A DNA stretch of 64,000 bases from Candidatus Omnitrophota bacterium (GTDB lineage Bacteria; Omnitrophota; Gorgyraeia; Pluralincolimonadales; Pluralincolimonadaceae), in contig JBAZFB010000001.1 in assembly GCA_041653595.1 (NCBI GenBank), positions 4,467 to 68,466 of the forward strand, given 5' to 3'. The notes under the pieces were generated by a model, which did no database searches, was not told the DNA's origin, and worked only from the letters and a program-made list of their open reading frames with translations. Each line of letters opens with the position of its first letter. Position 1 is the stretch's first letter. Below, in pieces: positions 45,138 to 55,934 of this stretch. A program made the translations under genes and the position numbers.

Positions 45138-47150
45138 ATGGAAGACTACCTTAAAGAATTCCTAGATCTTGTCAAAGTCCACCGGTTCGAGGAGTTATAT
45201 TCGAAAGATATAACCGCTGAAAACTACTTCGGCTTCCCCCTGCGGAGCATTGTCGAGGCGGAGAAGAGGCTCCTCTCCGCGGAAGAACCGTCGGTGGCCT
45301 ATCTCTCGATGGAATACGGCCTCGGGACCAGCATCTACAATACATTTATCCCGGCGAAACCCGTTTCGGAATCCAATATCCTGCCCAGGCAGAACATATT
45401 TTCGAATATGAGGATACGGGATTATTACTTCAGTTTCAAGGTGGACCACAGGATAATGGACCTGCCTATCTACAGCGGCGGCCTCGGCGTCCTAGCCGGA
45501 GATACGCTCAAATCCTCGGCGGACTTAAACGTATCCCTGGCGGCGATCGGTATACTCTGGCGCAAGGGGTATTTCAAGCAGAACTTCTGGTACAAGGACG
45601 GGCAGGTGCCTGAGGAGCTCAATTGGGACCCGTATTCGTACCCGGGCCTCATCCCCCTCGATACGGTCATTAAGATACCGCTAAGCGGCGGCGACCTGCT
45701 GCTCCGGCTCTGGAAATATTACGTATACAGTTTCGACAAGAAACACGTCATACCGCTTACCCTCCTTGATTCCGACGTCGAGGGAAATAACCCGGAATTC
45801 AGGACGCTCACCGACCAGCTCTACAGGAGCGATAATTCCTACATAAAGATCGTTCAGCGCGTGATACTCGGGATAGGCGGGATAAAAGCGCTCGAGGCTC
45901 TCGGCTATTCGATAAGGAAATACCACCTAAATGAGGGGCACGCGGCTCTCGCGCTCGTCCAGAAGGCGGACGCGCTGCAAAAAGACGGCCTGGCCTCGCT
46001 CGAAAAAGATTTTATTTACACATGCCATACGCCGGTCGCGGCCGGCCATGACCGTTTCCCGATAAAAGAGCTTGAGAAGATCCTTCCCCTGGAGAATGTC
46101 GATTTCATAAGAAATCACGGCCTCGAGGGAGATGACACCGCGAACTTCACGCAGCTCCTCCTTAATTGCTGCGACCATGTGAACGCGGTCGCGAAAAAAC
46201 ACGGCGAGGTGACCCGGCTGCAATTCCCGCAGCATGCGGACAAGATACAAACGATAACCAACGGCATCCACATCCCGACGTGGATATCCGGCAGTTTCTC
46301 CGACCTGTTGAAAAAATACGGGAACGATATCGGCCAATGCGCCTCCGGGCACGCGGAACCTGCCGACCTCGAGAAACTCAGGAACAATAACGAGTTCAGG
46401 CTTGATCTATGGAAAGCTCACCAGGAGAACAAGCGCAACCTGCAGTCGATATTCGAGAACTGGGACATCAGGGAGAACGTCTTTACGGTATGCTGGGCGC
46501 GAAGGATAGCCGCTTACAAGAGGCCGAGCCTGATATTCCAGGATCCCCGGCGCCTGGTCGATATAGCGAACAGGGTCGGCCCTATCCAGGTGGTCATCGC
46601 CGGGAAGGCGCATCCCAACGACAACCTCGTCGGGACATTCATAAACAACATAATGAACACGATAGACGCGCTGGGGACACAGGGCTCGTCCATCAGGATA
46701 ATAATGCTCGAGAATTATGACATATTTTTCGGGAAGATCCTCAGTAACTCGGTCGATGTCTGGCTTAATAATCCCCTTCCCCCGTTCGAGGCCTCCGGCA
46801 CGAGCGGGATGAAGGCTATACTAAACGGGGTCGTCCAGCTCTCCACGCTCGACGGGTGGGTCGTGGAGGCCGAGGACGCGGGCATGGGCGAGATATTCGG
46901 GTACCGGCACAAGACAGGCGAGCCGATAGGCAATGAACTTGACCTTCGCCTTGACGCCGATTCCGGCGAGCTCTATAACGCGCTGGAGAGGCTGGTAAAA
47001 CTCTATTACGAGACAAACCGGGACGGCAACGCCAATGCGGGTTCCAAATGGATCGATATTATGATAAACTGTATGATACAAAGCCATTACTTCAACACCT
47101 GCAGGATGGTCAAGGAATACCGCGACAAGATGTGGTTCGATAAGAATTAG
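45138..47150 (+). CDS. alpha-glucan phosphorylase family protein (GT35, DUF3417-type)
   Basis: GGLGVLAGD, HLNEGHAAL and AGKAHPND (PLP-Lys region). Confidence 0.8.
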   Translation: MEDYLKEFLDLVKVHRFEELYSKDITAENYFGFPLRSIVEAEKRLLSAEEPSVAYLSMEYGLGTSIYNTFIPAKPVSESNILPRQNIFSNMRIRDYYFSFKVDHRIMDLPIYSGGLGVLAGDTLKSSADLNVSLAAIGILWRKGYFKQNFWYKDGQVPEELNWDPYSYPGLIPLDTVIKIPLSGGDLLLRLWKYYVYSFDKKHVIPLTLLDSDVEGNNPEFRTLTDQLYRSDNSYIKIVQRVILGIGGIKALEALGYSIRKYHLNEGHAALALVQKADALQKDGLASLEKDFIYTCHTPVAAGHDRFPIKELEKILPLENVDFIRNHGLEGDDTANFTQLLLNCCDHVNAVAKKHGEVTRLQFPQHADKIQTITNGIHIPTWISGSFSDLLKKYGNDIGQCASGHAEPADLEKLRNNNEFRLDLWKAHQENKRNLQSIFENWDIRENVFTVCWARRIAAYKRPSLIFQDPRRLVDIANRVGPIQVVIAGKAHPNDNLVGTFINNIMNTIDALGTQGSSIRIIMLENYDIFFGKILSNSVDVWLNNPLPPFEASGTSGMKAILNGVVQLSTLDGWVVEAEDAGMGEIFGYRHKTGEPIGNELDLRLDADSGELYNALERLVKLYYETNRDGNANAGSKWIDIMINCMIQSHYFNTCRMVKEYRDKMWFDKN

Positions 47151-47154
47151 ACGG

Positions 47155-47241
47155 GCCGAAGTGGCGGAACTGGCATACGCGCTGCGTTCAGGGCGCAGTG
47201 ACCGTAAGGTCTTGAGAGTTCAAATCTCTCCTTCGGCACCA
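47155..47241 (+). tRNA. tRNA-Leu (CAG)
   Basis: Manual fold: acceptor GCCGAAG/CTTCGGC, D-arm GCG…CGC, anticodon stem CTGCG/CGCAG with loop TTCAGGG, a long variable arm GACC-GTAA-GGTC, and T-arm GAGAG-TTCAAAT-CTCTC. Confidence 0.8.
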
Positions 47242-47268
47242 TTTGATCCAACCTGAATGAAAGGAGGC

Positions 47269-47745
47269 ATGGAGATGGCGATAGCGGCGAAGTTAAAGAA
47301 ATACCTGGACTCGAACAAGGTCAAATACAAGGCGCTAAAGCACAAACTCGCCTACACCGCCCAGGAGATAGCGGCCGCGCAGGAAGTGCCGGGTAAACAG
47401 GTCGTAAAATCGGTGCTGGTAAAAGCCGGCGACAGGTTCGTCCTCGCTGTCCTGCCCGCGATACACCTCATCGACGCGAAGAAGCTCAAGGCCGTCCTGA
47501 AGTGCAAGTCCATAAAGATCGCCACTGAAAAGGATATCAAGAAGGTCATCCCGGATTACAAGCCCGGCTCGATGCCGCCGTTCGGGAACCTCTTCGGCCT
47601 CGAGACCTGCGCCGACAAGATGCTTAAGGAAGATGTGGAGATCGTATTCAACGGCGGGACTCACACCGATACGGTGAAGATGAAATACGCGGATTTTGAA
47701 AAACTGGCGAAACCGAAGGTCTCGGATTTCGGCAAACACGTATAA
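47269..47745 (+). CDS. YbaK/ProX-type aminoacyl-tRNA deacylase domain protein
   Basis: YbaK/ProX domain pattern (…SVLVKAGDRFVLAVLP…NGGTHTD…); a ribosome-binding site AAAGGAGG lies upstream. Confidence 0.7.
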   Translation: MEMAIAAKLKKYLDSNKVKYKALKHKLAYTAQEIAAAQEVPGKQVVKSVLVKAGDRFVLAVLPAIHLIDAKKLKAVLKCKSIKIATEKDIKKVIPDYKPGSMPPFGNLFGLETCADKMLKEDVEIVFNGGTHTDTVKMKYADFEKLAKPKVSDFGKHV

Positions 47746-47759
47746 CAACCTCGACTTTT

Positions 47760-49290
47760 TCAAAACCCCAGATTCCTGTCCAAGCTCCTGTAATTTATCG
47801 CCTCGGAGATATGTTCTGCAGATATCGTCTCTGTTCCCGCGAGGTCGGCTACCGTCCTCGCGATCTTGAGCACCTTATCATAGCCCCTCGCGCTCAGGCC
47901 TAGCTCCAGGATCGCCAGCTTCAAAAGTTCCGCCGCTTCTTTATCTATTCGGCAGAATTGCTCGAGGTGTTTCGGGGAGAGATGGGCGTTACAGAATATA
48001 TTCAGCCCTTTATACCTTTCCCCCTGCATCTTCCTCGCCTTATCCACCCTCTCTTTTATATCCGCCGAACTCTCGCCCCTGCTCTTATTGGAGAGCTCCT
48101 TATATCTCAATGACGGGACCTCGAGATGTATATCTATCCTGTCCAATAGCGGGCCCGAGACCTTAGAAAGGTAACGTTGGATCGCCGGCGGCGCAGTGGC
48201 ATTCCTTCTTCGGGTCGGTAAAATATCCGCACGGGCACGGGTTCATCGCGGCGACGAGCATGAATTTGGCCGGGTAACTGAAATTATACGCGGCCCTCGA
48301 AACGGTGATCGTCCCTCCTTCAAGCGGCTGGCGCAAAGCCTCCAAAGCGTCGCGATGGAATTCCGGGAGCTCGTCCAAAAATAGCACGCCGTTATGCGCG
48401 AGGCTTATCTCCCCGGGCTTTAAAACCTTGCCTCCCCCGACAAGGCCGGCATATGAGACCGTATGGTGCGGCATGCGGAACGGGCGCCGCGAGACCAGGA
48501 AGTTCCTGCTGTCGAGCAGCCCCGAGACGCTGTGGATCTTTGTCGTCTCGAGCATCTCCCCGAAGGATAGCCCCGGCAATATGGTTACCAGCCGCTGGGC
48601 GAGCATCGTCTTGCCGGAGCCGGGCGGGCCGATCATAAGGACGTTGTGGCCGCCGGCGGCCGCGACCTCGAGGCCGCGCTTTACGTGCCATTGCCCTTTT
48701 ACGTCGCTGAAATCTATATCAGAACCGCCGGACGGCTTCGGCGCCCCGGCAAGATCGACTTTCAACGGTTCGATCTTCGCGTTGCCCTTCAGGAAATTCA
48801 CCACTTCGCCGAGGTCCTTCGCCGAAAAGACCGAGATCCCGCTGACGATGGCCGCCTCCCTGGCGTTTTCCGACGGCAGGATAAAATCATTCCCCCCGTT
48901 CTCCGAAATACCTATCGCGATAGGCAGGGCGCCGTTTATCGGCCTCAGCCCGCCGTCAAGCGATAGCTCCCCGCAAAATACTTTTCCGTCCACATGGCCC
49001 TGCTCCAGGTCCCCGGCGGAGACGAGCAAGCCCAACGCTATGGCCAGGTCAAAAGAAGCCCCTTCTTTCCGCAGATCCGCCGGCGCCAGGTTTATCGTTA
49101 TCTTTTTCGGATGCAATTTAAAACCGGAATTTTTTATCGCCGAGACGACCCTGTCCCTGCTTTCCCTGACCGCGGTATCCGGGAGGCCGACTATCGTAAA
49201 ACCCGGCAGGCCTCCGCTGGTATCCACCTCTACATCAACTTTCTTCGCTTCTATCCCCAGCACTGTCCTGCTTTCTATTTTCGCAAGCAT
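47760..49290 (-). pseudogene. comM: YifB/ComM Mg-chelatase-like AAA+ protein, split into two ORFs by a frameshift around 48150-48165
   Basis: The N-terminal ORF (48163-49290) ends …[25 protein letters not shown]. The conserved continuation [23 protein letters not shown] is in the +1 frame and continues as ORF 47760-48146. This is either a genuine frameshift or an indel error. Confidence 0.6.
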
Positions 49291-49291
49291 T

Positions 49292-49660
49292 TTAGCTCCA
49301 GAATGCGTCCTTTATGATTTCAGTATCCTTTATGTTGCCCTTTTTGTCGAAGATCACCGAAACACAATCAAATCTTGAATCATGGTCCAAAAGACCATAT
49401 TTCATCTGAAAAACGGTCGCGACCCGCCTTATATGCTGTCTCTTGGTATGGTTTATCGTCTCGTACGGAAGCCCGTACCCGTCATCCGACCTGGAGCGGA
49501 CCTCAATAAATACGAGCGTTCCCCGGTCCATCGCGATTATATCTATCTCCCCGAACCTGCAGCGGAACTTCCGCGCGATTATGCTGTAGCCTCTTAAGGC
49601 GAGGGACCTCGCCGCGTGCGTCTCGCCGAGGTCCCCCAATTCCTTATTCCCCACTTCCAA
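49292..49660 (-). CDS. yraN: YraN-family (UPF0102) endonuclease
   Basis: GETHAARSL…GEIDIIA…VFIEVRSR. Confidence 0.8.
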   Translation of the reverse strand: MEVGNKELGDLGETHAARSLALRGYSIIARKFRCRFGEIDIIAMDRGTLVFIEVRSRSDDGYGLPYETINHTKRQHIRRVATVFQMKYGLLDHDSRFDCVSVIFDKKGNIKDTEIIKDAFWS

Positions 49661-49907
49661 AGGCTTCCATCACGACCTTATCGATCTCTTTCTTGGCTTC
49701 GTCATTTAACGGGTAGGCCGTAGGGTACCATTTGCCGTCGTTACCGGCCTGCTGGGGGCCGGATACGAATAATCCGTTCTTACCCTCCACCACCCGGAAC
49801 CCCTTCACCAGGAACTCCTCGCCGATGGCGACGTCCGCGAACGCCTTGAGCGAGCCTTCTCCGTCGAACCTGTACAGCCTCTTTACGCTGAAATTGAGCA
49901 TCTGCAT
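49644..49907 (-). CDS. spoVG: SpoVG-family regulator
   Basis: FADVAIGEEFLVKGFRVVEGKNGLFVSGP matches SpoVG along its length. Confidence 0.8.
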   Translation of the reverse strand: MQMLNFSVKRLYRFDGEGSLKAFADVAIGEEFLVKGFRVVEGKNGLFVSGPQQAGNDGKWYPTAYPLNDEAKKEIDKVVMEAFGSGE

Positions 49908-49997
49908 GCCCTCCTTTCAGCTATATAGACGTAAGTTTTGGGCAAATTCTTTCAATTATTTTTGAAATATTTTCGGAAGGCGGGAAAAGAAGTTACG

Positions 49998-51026
49998 CTA
50001 GAACCTGCAATAAAGTCCCAGGGAGGTGATGGAGCCGGAGTATTTCTGGGTAGGGTTATTAGAGAGGTTTTGCCTGTATGAATAGCTGAGGCCTAAAGTC
50101 GCATTCTTGTAAATGTCGTAAAAAAGCGACGCGGATGAAACCCAGGTCCTGTCTTTCTCCGCTTGAGTAGCGTCTCCCGGGATAGTCCTGCCCGAATAAT
50201 TCCTGAATTGCCTGTAATATGAAAAAGAGGCGCTCATCTTGCCGGTCAGGAGGTATATCATCGAAGATCCGAGCCTCAGGGATTGATAATCGTAATAATC
50301 GAGGAAATTGTCGTTGGAGTCGTTGTAGTAATATTCGCCGAAGACCTTGAACATCGTCTTTTTCAAATAGACACCCAGGTCGTAATAGACGGTGTTCCTG
50401 CTGTCCTGCCTCTTACGGTCGGATATCATGCCCGAGGCGTCGAGCGTCCTCATGTCGGAATAATGCCTGTAGAAATACTCGTAATTGAACGAATGGAAGA
50501 AATTATTCGGCAGCTTCTGTTTCAGCACCAGCCCGACCTTGTCGCCGAGGTAATTGCCGTCGGCGTTCGCCTGGTATTCGACCAATTCGACGTCATTGTA
50601 GGCCGTAAGCGTCATGCCGCCCGGGAGTTTCCCGTCGAAACCGAATTTTAAGTCCACGTCCGTAAGGTTGGCGTCGGTCTCCTTCCAGTAAGTTATGTTA
50701 TGCGCCGATATCCCGCCGGTGACATCCCACCTGCCGCTTAACGGATATGAGACGCCGGCGTCGACGATGGCCTCTGAAAATGTGTCCTGGGCCCTGCGCG
50801 GGTCAAGGAAGACGTTATTATCGTATCCCTGGATCGCCGCGGCCAACAATTTCGTCCGGTATCTCTGCCCTTCTTTTACGGCCTCAACCTTCTTGTAGGC
50901 CTTCTCCTCTGACTTTCCGAGGTATTTTTCGGTCGTCTGTTCTTCTTTTATGTCAGCCGCGTTTACAGGAAAAGAGAATATCAATACTATAAACAGCGCG
51001 AAAAGAAACAGTGACAATTTATTCAT
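49998..51026 (-). CDS. Outer-membrane beta-barrel protein (C-terminal Phe)
   Basis: Signal peptide MNKLSLFLFALFIVLIFSFPVNA, alternating amphipathic strands, and a terminal …LGLYCRF. Confidence 0.55.
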   Translation of the reverse strand: MNKLSLFLFALFIVLIFSFPVNAADIKEEQTTEKYLGKSEEKAYKKVEAVKEGQRYRTKLLAAAIQGYDNNVFLDPRRAQDTFSEAIVDAGVSYPLSGRWDVTGGISAHNITYWKETDANLTDVDLKFGFDGKLPGGMTLTAYNDVELVEYQANADGNYLGDKVGLVLKQKLPNNFFHSFNYEYFYRHYSDMRTLDASGMISDRKRQDSRNTVYYDLGVYLKKTMFKVFGEYYYNDSNDNFLDYYDYQSLRLGSSMIYLLTGKMSASFSYYRQFRNYSGRTIPGDATQAEKDRTWVSSASLFYDIYKNATLGLSYSYRQNLSNNPTQKYSGSITSLGLYCRF

Positions 51027-51054
51027 TATCTCCCTATGCGGCATTACGGATATG

Positions 51055-51894
51055 TTAATAATGCGGGCCTCCGACTTGACCGCCGCCTCCTCTTCCAACC
51101 GTCCCCTCCTGCCGGATCCTGTCGTTTATTATATTTTTGTCTTCCGTTTCCCGGAGGTCCTGCTTAAAATCGTCCCGTTTTTCGGTCGCCGCTTCTATCG
51201 CCTGGATATCATTAAATTCGCCGGACCTGTCTATTTCTTTTTCGCCGCCGGCCTGCAGGCGGTCGTTCAGGTCGTCGCGCCATGAGTTCCAATCCTGTTT
51301 GTCCCTATCCGCCAGCTCAATGAGTTCGCCGGGCGCCTGGAACCTGTCTATCATCACCTCCCACCCTTCCCTGACCAGGATCTCTTTTATTAATTTACCG
51401 TCCTGGTCGTAAGCCTGGACGAATATCTCATCCTCAAAGGCCTTGACGTTATCCCTTTTTTCGGAAGCGGAGACATCCCATCCGCTTCCCCTTGCCCCGG
51501 CGATGATGGTGGGTGTTTTTATCTCAAAGGAAGTCCCTTTATCAAGCTTTTTGACCAGCGAACGTATCCTGCCCTGGGGCAGCTCTATCTGTTTAAGCAT
51601 CCTTCCGCGCAGGACAAGCGTCGAGCTCTCCTCAAGCCTGACCAGGTTCTTGTTCTCGCTATCAAAAGAGATCTCTATGGCCGCGCCCTTTCCTGTCTTG
51701 GCGGTATCGCCGTCGGCTAGAAGCATGCCTTTTTTCGCGGAGATCCATTCGGCCTTGCCGGCCCTCTGGACTTTCGCGTCGCCTTTGGCGAAGATCACCC
51801 TCGCTTCCCTTTCCAGCTCCTTGGCGCAAAGGGACAAGGGGCTAAAGAACAGGAAACCGAACAACAAAAAATATACCGGAAATTTAAGCCTCAT
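51055..51894 (-). CDS. Secreted FecR-domain protein with an acidic C-terminal extension
   Basis: A FecR-like segment FEIKTPTIIAGARGSGWDV. Confidence 0.55.
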   Translation of the reverse strand: MRLKFPVYFLLFGFLFFSPLSLCAKELEREARVIFAKGDAKVQRAGKAEWISAKKGMLLADGDTAKTGKGAAIEISFDSENKNLVRLEESSTLVLRGRMLKQIELPQGRIRSLVKKLDKGTSFEIKTPTIIAGARGSGWDVSASEKRDNVKAFEDEIFVQAYDQDGKLIKEILVREGWEVMIDRFQAPGELIELADRDKQDWNSWRDDLNDRLQAGGEKEIDRSGEFNDIQAIEAATEKRDDFKQDLRETEDKNIINDRIRQEGTVGRGGGGQVGGPHY

Positions 51895-51912
51895 ATCCTT
51901 CCTCTTCTGTTA

Positions 51913-52572
51913 TTACTTCTTGGGACCGGACTTTGGCGGGACTTCCTTGCCTTTCATGAGAAGCTTCCAGGGATTCCGCTTCACTTCGTCGCTGAATTCC
52001 TTTAAGTTCTCGGAAGAGTCCTTGAGGTTCGCGGATGAATCCTTGAGATTCATTATCGTAGCCCTGATATCGTCCTTATTCTCTACGAGGACGGTGTCGG
52101 CATCGCCCATAAGTTTCTGCAAATCCTGCACCGCGGAATCCACTTTAGCTATGAGCTCTTCCATAACGAACGGGTCTACCCCTGTCAATGTCTTGCCTTT
52201 TTCGACGACTGGCGAACCTTTTTTCCCGCCGGTTATCTCGATGTATTTCTCCCCTATCAGCCCGGTCGTGCTTATCATTATCTTTGAATCTTCCCTGACC
52301 CTGGTCCCGTCGTTAAGGGTGAGCTGGACAAGCACTTTGGTCTCATCATTATCATAGATATGCGCGACCTTCTTCACCTCTCCTACGTTGACGCCCGCCA
52401 GTTTTACCGGCGCCTTGTCTTCGAGGCCGTTTACGTAACTGAACATGACATTAAGGTCGTAGCCCCCGATAACCTTCTTCCCGCCCCCCATCATCGCGGA
52501 GATATACATAAACACCAATACCGCGGCTACGACGACTATCCCGGTCTTTATCTCGTTATTGAATTTAGCCAT
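51913..52572 (-). CDS. mlaD: MlaD (MCE-domain) protein
   Basis: N-terminal TM followed by an MCE domain. Confidence 0.8.
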   Translation of the reverse strand: MAKFNNEIKTGIVVVAAVLVFMYISAMMGGGKKVIGGYDLNVMFSYVNGLEDKAPVKLAGVNVGEVKKVAHIYDNDETKVLVQLTLNDGTRVREDSKIMISTTGLIGEKYIEITGGKKGSPVVEKGKTLTGVDPFVMEELIAKVDSAVQDLQKLMGDADTVLVENKDDIRATIMNLKDSSANLKDSSENLKEFSDEVKRNPWKLLMKGKEVPPKSGPKK

Positions 52573-52608
52573 GTCATTGCTCCTTTTTATGGTGAGCCAA
52601 GCGAACCA

Positions 52609-53400
52609 TTATTTTGTCAATTCCTCGAGGTATCCCTCATCCGGCGCGAAGAACCGCATCGGGCCTTCTATGGTCCCGTTTATGAACTGCTGTATATATT
52701 CGTTCTTGGAATTCCTTATCTCGTCTTTAGTCCCTATCTGCAGGACCTTGCCTTTATATAACATCACTATCCTGTCGGCTATCCTAAAGACGGAATTCAT
52801 GTCATGGGTGACCACGACCGAAGTGATCGACAGCGCGCCGGCGAGGTCGACTATCAGTTTATCGACGACCGCGGTCACGACAGGGTCGAGGCCGGCCGAC
52901 GGCTCGTCATAGAAGATTATCTCCGGGTCGAGGGCCACAGCGCGGGCGAGTCCGACGCGCTTCCTCATGCCTCCTGAAAGCTGCGACGGCATAAGATGGC
53001 CGAAGCCGCGGAGGCCTACCTGGTTGAGCTTCATCTTTACCATGATCTTTATGATGTGCTCGTCGAGCTTGGTGTGCTCCCTGAGCGGGAGCGCGATGTT
53101 CTCCTCGACGGTAAGCGAATCGAACAGAGCGGCCGACTGAAAGAGCATGCCGAAGCGTTTTTTCAGCCGATCCATCTGGCTTTCCTTCAGGCGGGTAATA
53201 TCCTCCCCGAAGAGATGGATCTTCCCGGCATCGGGTCTTAACTGCCCTATTATATGGCGCAAGAGGGTTGATTTCCCGCAGCCGGACCCGCCTACGATGA
53301 CGATCGTTTCGCCCTTATAAACCTCGAGATTTATGTTCTCCAGGACGCGGCGCCCGTCGAACGCTTTCACGAGGTTCTCTATCTTTATGACAGTTTCCAT
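52609..53400 (-). CDS. mlaF: MlaF ABC ATPase
   Basis: Walker A GGSGCGKST and an LSGGMRKRVGLARA signature. Confidence 0.88.
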   Translation of the reverse strand: METVIKIENLVKAFDGRRVLENINLEVYKGETIVIVGGSGCGKSTLLRHIIGQLRPDAGKIHLFGEDITRLKESQMDRLKKRFGMLFQSAALFDSLTVEENIALPLREHTKLDEHIIKIMVKMKLNQVGLRGFGHLMPSQLSGGMRKRVGLARAVALDPEIIFYDEPSAGLDPVVTAVVDKLIVDLAGALSITSVVVTHDMNSVFRIADRIVMLYKGKVLQIGTKDEIRNSKNEYIQQFINGTIEGPMRFFAPDEGYLEELTK

Positions 53401-53413
53401 ATTATCCGCCGTT

Positions 53414-54208
53414 TTACACGTTCGCGAAATAGAATATACCGGTCAATATTGCGTCAGCCAGTATTATGAGTATAAAACTTATAACGACGCTAAGGGTGGT
53501 AGAGCGCCCGACGCCCTCGGCGCCGCCTTTCGTATTAAGGCCCTGATAGCATCCGATCATCGATATGATTACGGCGAAGACGACGCTCTTTAAAAGGCCG
53601 GTCATCACATCCTTCGCCACGAGGAATTCAAAATTTGTCTTTATATAAAGGCCCGGGCTTATCTTGAGGTTATAGACGCCGACCAGATACCCTCCGAACA
53701 TCCCTACCAGGTCTCCCATTATCGTAAGGGCGGGAAGCATGATGAGGAGGGCTAAAAATCTCGGCACGACCAAAAACCTTACCGGGTTGAGGGCCATCGT
53801 CTCGAGCGCCTCTATCTGCTCGGTTACTTTCATGGTGCCTAGTTCCGCCGCTATCGCGGAACCGACTCTCCCTGCGACCACGAGCGCTATCAGCACCGGC
53901 CCCATCTCACGGCACATCGAGACGCTGATAAGGGCCGCCACGAACCTCACCGCGCCGAGCTTATCCAGCTGGTACGCGCCCTGCATCGCGAGGACTATTC
54001 CTATGAACAACGTGACAAAAAATACTATCAGGATGGACTGTACGCCTGCGAAGACCATCTGTTGGAAGATGTACCGCCTTCCGATAAATTTGCCTATAAA
54101 AGGCGCGAATAACAGCCAGTATAGGGTATTAAAAAACAACGCGAACACGTCCCATATCGCCGTGCCCGCGCTCAGGGTAGCCCTGCCTATAGCTTGCAAA
54201 ATGTTCAT
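53414..54208 (-). CDS. mlaE: MlaE ABC permease
   Basis: Permease with the MlaE family pattern. Confidence 0.85.
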   Translation of the reverse strand: MNILQAIGRATLSAGTAIWDVFALFFNTLYWLLFAPFIGKFIGRRYIFQQMVFAGVQSILIVFFVTLFIGIVLAMQGAYQLDKLGAVRFVAALISVSMCREMGPVLIALVVAGRVGSAIAAELGTMKVTEQIEALETMALNPVRFLVVPRFLALLIMLPALTIMGDLVGMFGGYLVGVYNLKISPGLYIKTNFEFLVAKDVMTGLLKSVVFAVIISMIGCYQGLNTKGGAEGVGRSTTLSVVISFILIILADAILTGIFYFANV

Positions 54209-54224
54209 AGAGCCTTCATCCTCT

Positions 54225-54557
54225 TTAAGCGGACTTTAAGGCATCCTCTTCTGTGGCGTATATCTCGAAAAGTTTCTCTAATTTTGTTATTTCAAACAGG
54301 CTCTTCACCTTAGGGGTGAGGCTGGCGAGCTTAAGCTTGCCGCCTATGCTCTTTATCTTCTGGTGCGCCTCGACGAGCGTTGCCAGTCCGGACGAGTCGA
54401 CATAAGCCACTCCGGCTAGGTTTATGACGGCTTTCTGCGCCTTCGAATCCAGGACCTTAATAAAGGCCTTCCTGAAATCCGGGGATGAGGTGAAATTTAT
54501 CTCGCCCTCCACTTCCAGCACGACCGCGTCTCCGACCTTCCTATCTTTTACTACCAT
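54225..54557 (-). CDS. STAS-domain protein (MlaB or anti-sigma-factor antagonist)
   Basis: STAS fold sequence with a conserved Ser-containing region …VDSSGLATLVEA. Confidence 0.7.
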   Translation of the reverse strand: MVVKDRKVGDAVVLEVEGEINFTSSPDFRKAFIKVLDSKAQKAVINLAGVAYVDSSGLATLVEAHQKIKSIGGKLKLASLTPKVKSLFEITKLEKLFEIYATEEDALKSA

Positions 54558-54969
54558 GGGCTTTACCTCCGCTTATAAATTTTATCATCTTTATCTCGTT
54601 TCCGCTATCATTATATATGACCTCATCCATGAGGTTATTTATCAAAAAGATGCCGCGGCCGCCGTGCTTGAGTATATTCGCGTCGGAGCGCGGGTCAGGC
54701 GTGGCCTTGTAATCGAAACCTGCGCCCTGGTCGCGGACGGTTATCTCGAGCTTCCCCCCGGAAAACGCGTAGCTGATAACGACCGGCAGCCTGTCGTCAA
54801 GCTTGTTGCCGTATTTTATGGCGTTTATGACCGCCTCTTCCAGGCAAAGCCTTATGTCGAAGAGCGTCTCCTTGTCCAGCTTGAGTTCCCTGAGCGCGCG
54901 GATCAGTTTGGCTGAGGCGAGTTTTATATATTTAGGATCGCTCGGTATCTCGAAGACGAGATCTTTCAT
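54541..54969 (-). CDS. RsbW/SpoIIAB-like anti-sigma factor serine kinase (HATPase_c_2)
   Basis: N-box [11 protein letters not shown] and G1 box RDQGAGFD. Confidence 0.65.
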   Translation of the reverse strand: MKDLVFEIPSDPKYIKLASAKLIRALRELKLDKETLFDIRLCLEEAVINAIKYGNKLDDRLPVVISYAFSGGKLEITVRDQGAGFDYKATPDPRSDANILKHGGRGIFLINNLMDEVIYNDSGNEIKMIKFISGGKAHGSKR

Positions 54970-55925
54970 TCCGTTGAGAACGCTCCTATCTTCCTGTATT
55001 TTTCGTATCTGGCTTCTATGAGAGCAGCCGGCGCCAGTGCCGAAAGGTCTTTAAGGTATCTTTTTACGGCTTCTTTTATCGCGGCCGCTGTCATGGCCGG
55101 GTCGCGGTGGGCGCCGCCCAGAGGTTCGTGCACTATTTCATCGATAAGCCCGAGCCCCAAAAGGTCCTGCGCGGTCAATTTTAAGGCCTTCGCCGCGTCC
55201 GGGGCCCTTGCCCTGTCCTTCCAGAGTATTGCGGCGCAGCCTTCGGGCGAGATCACGGAATAATACGCGTTCTCGAGGACGCATATCCTGTCACCCACGC
55301 CTATTCCCAACGCGCCGCCTGAACCGCCCTCGCCGATGATGAAACATATGATCGGCACCTTTATGCGCGCCATCTCCATGAGGTTCAAAGCTATCGCCTC
55401 GGCTTGTCCCCTCTCTTCCGCGCCGATGCCGGGATAAGCGCCGGGCGTGTCTATGAAGACTATCACGGGCAGCTTGAACTTCTCGCCCAGCTTCATCACC
55501 CTCATCGCCTTCCTGTACCCTTCCGGATGCGCGGAGCCGAAGTTCCTCATCAGGTTCTCTTTGGTGTCACGGCCCTTCTGGTGGCCCATGACGATGACCT
55601 TCTGCCCGTCTATCTTCGCAAAGCCGCATATCAGGGCCTTGTCATCGCCGAAGACCCTGTCCCCGTGTATCTCGGAAAAATCGGTCATGATAAGCCCTAC
55701 GTAATCTAAAGTATAAGGCCTTTTGGGATGGCGGGCGATCTGGACCCTCTGCCAGGGAGTGAGCCCTTCGAAGACCTCTTTTTTTACCTTGTCGAGCTTG
55801 TCCTCGAGTTTCTTTATCTCCGTGGAGAGGTCTATGTTCTCCGAGGAGGTGAATTTCTTGAGCTCTTCGATCTTGCGCTCAAGCTCAAGTATGGGTTTTT
55901 CGAAATCCAGGCCGATTCCGTTCAT
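54966..55925 (-). CDS. accA: Acetyl-CoA carboxylase carboxyltransferase alpha subunit
   Basis: AccA family along its full length (…[18 protein letters not shown]…). Confidence 0.9.
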   Translation of the reverse strand: MNGIGLDFEKPILELERKIEELKKFTSSENIDLSTEIKKLEDKLDKVKKEVFEGLTPWQRVQIARHPKRPYTLDYVGLIMTDFSEIHGDRVFGDDKALICGFAKIDGQKVIVMGHQKGRDTKENLMRNFGSAHPEGYRKAMRVMKLGEKFKLPVIVFIDTPGAYPGIGAEERGQAEAIALNLMEMARIKVPIICFIIGEGGSGGALGIGVGDRICVLENAYYSVISPEGCAAILWKDRARAPDAAKALKLTAQDLLGLGLIDEIVHEPLGGAHRDPAMTAAAIKEAVKRYLKDLSALAPAALIEARYEKYRKIGAFSTE

Positions 55926-55934
55926 ATGGGCTCT

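Noticed and set aside
47155-47241. tRNA-Sec, suggested by the long variable arm and the TTCAAAT loop
   Set aside because: The TTCAAAT loop is the T-loop. The 7-bp acceptor, 3-bp D-stem and CAG anticodon make it a standard tRNA-Leu.
48305-49378. 357-aa plus-strand ORF
   Set aside because: Antisense to comM/yifB (Walker A and sensor motifs on the minus strand); Pro/Ser/Arg-rich with no motifs.
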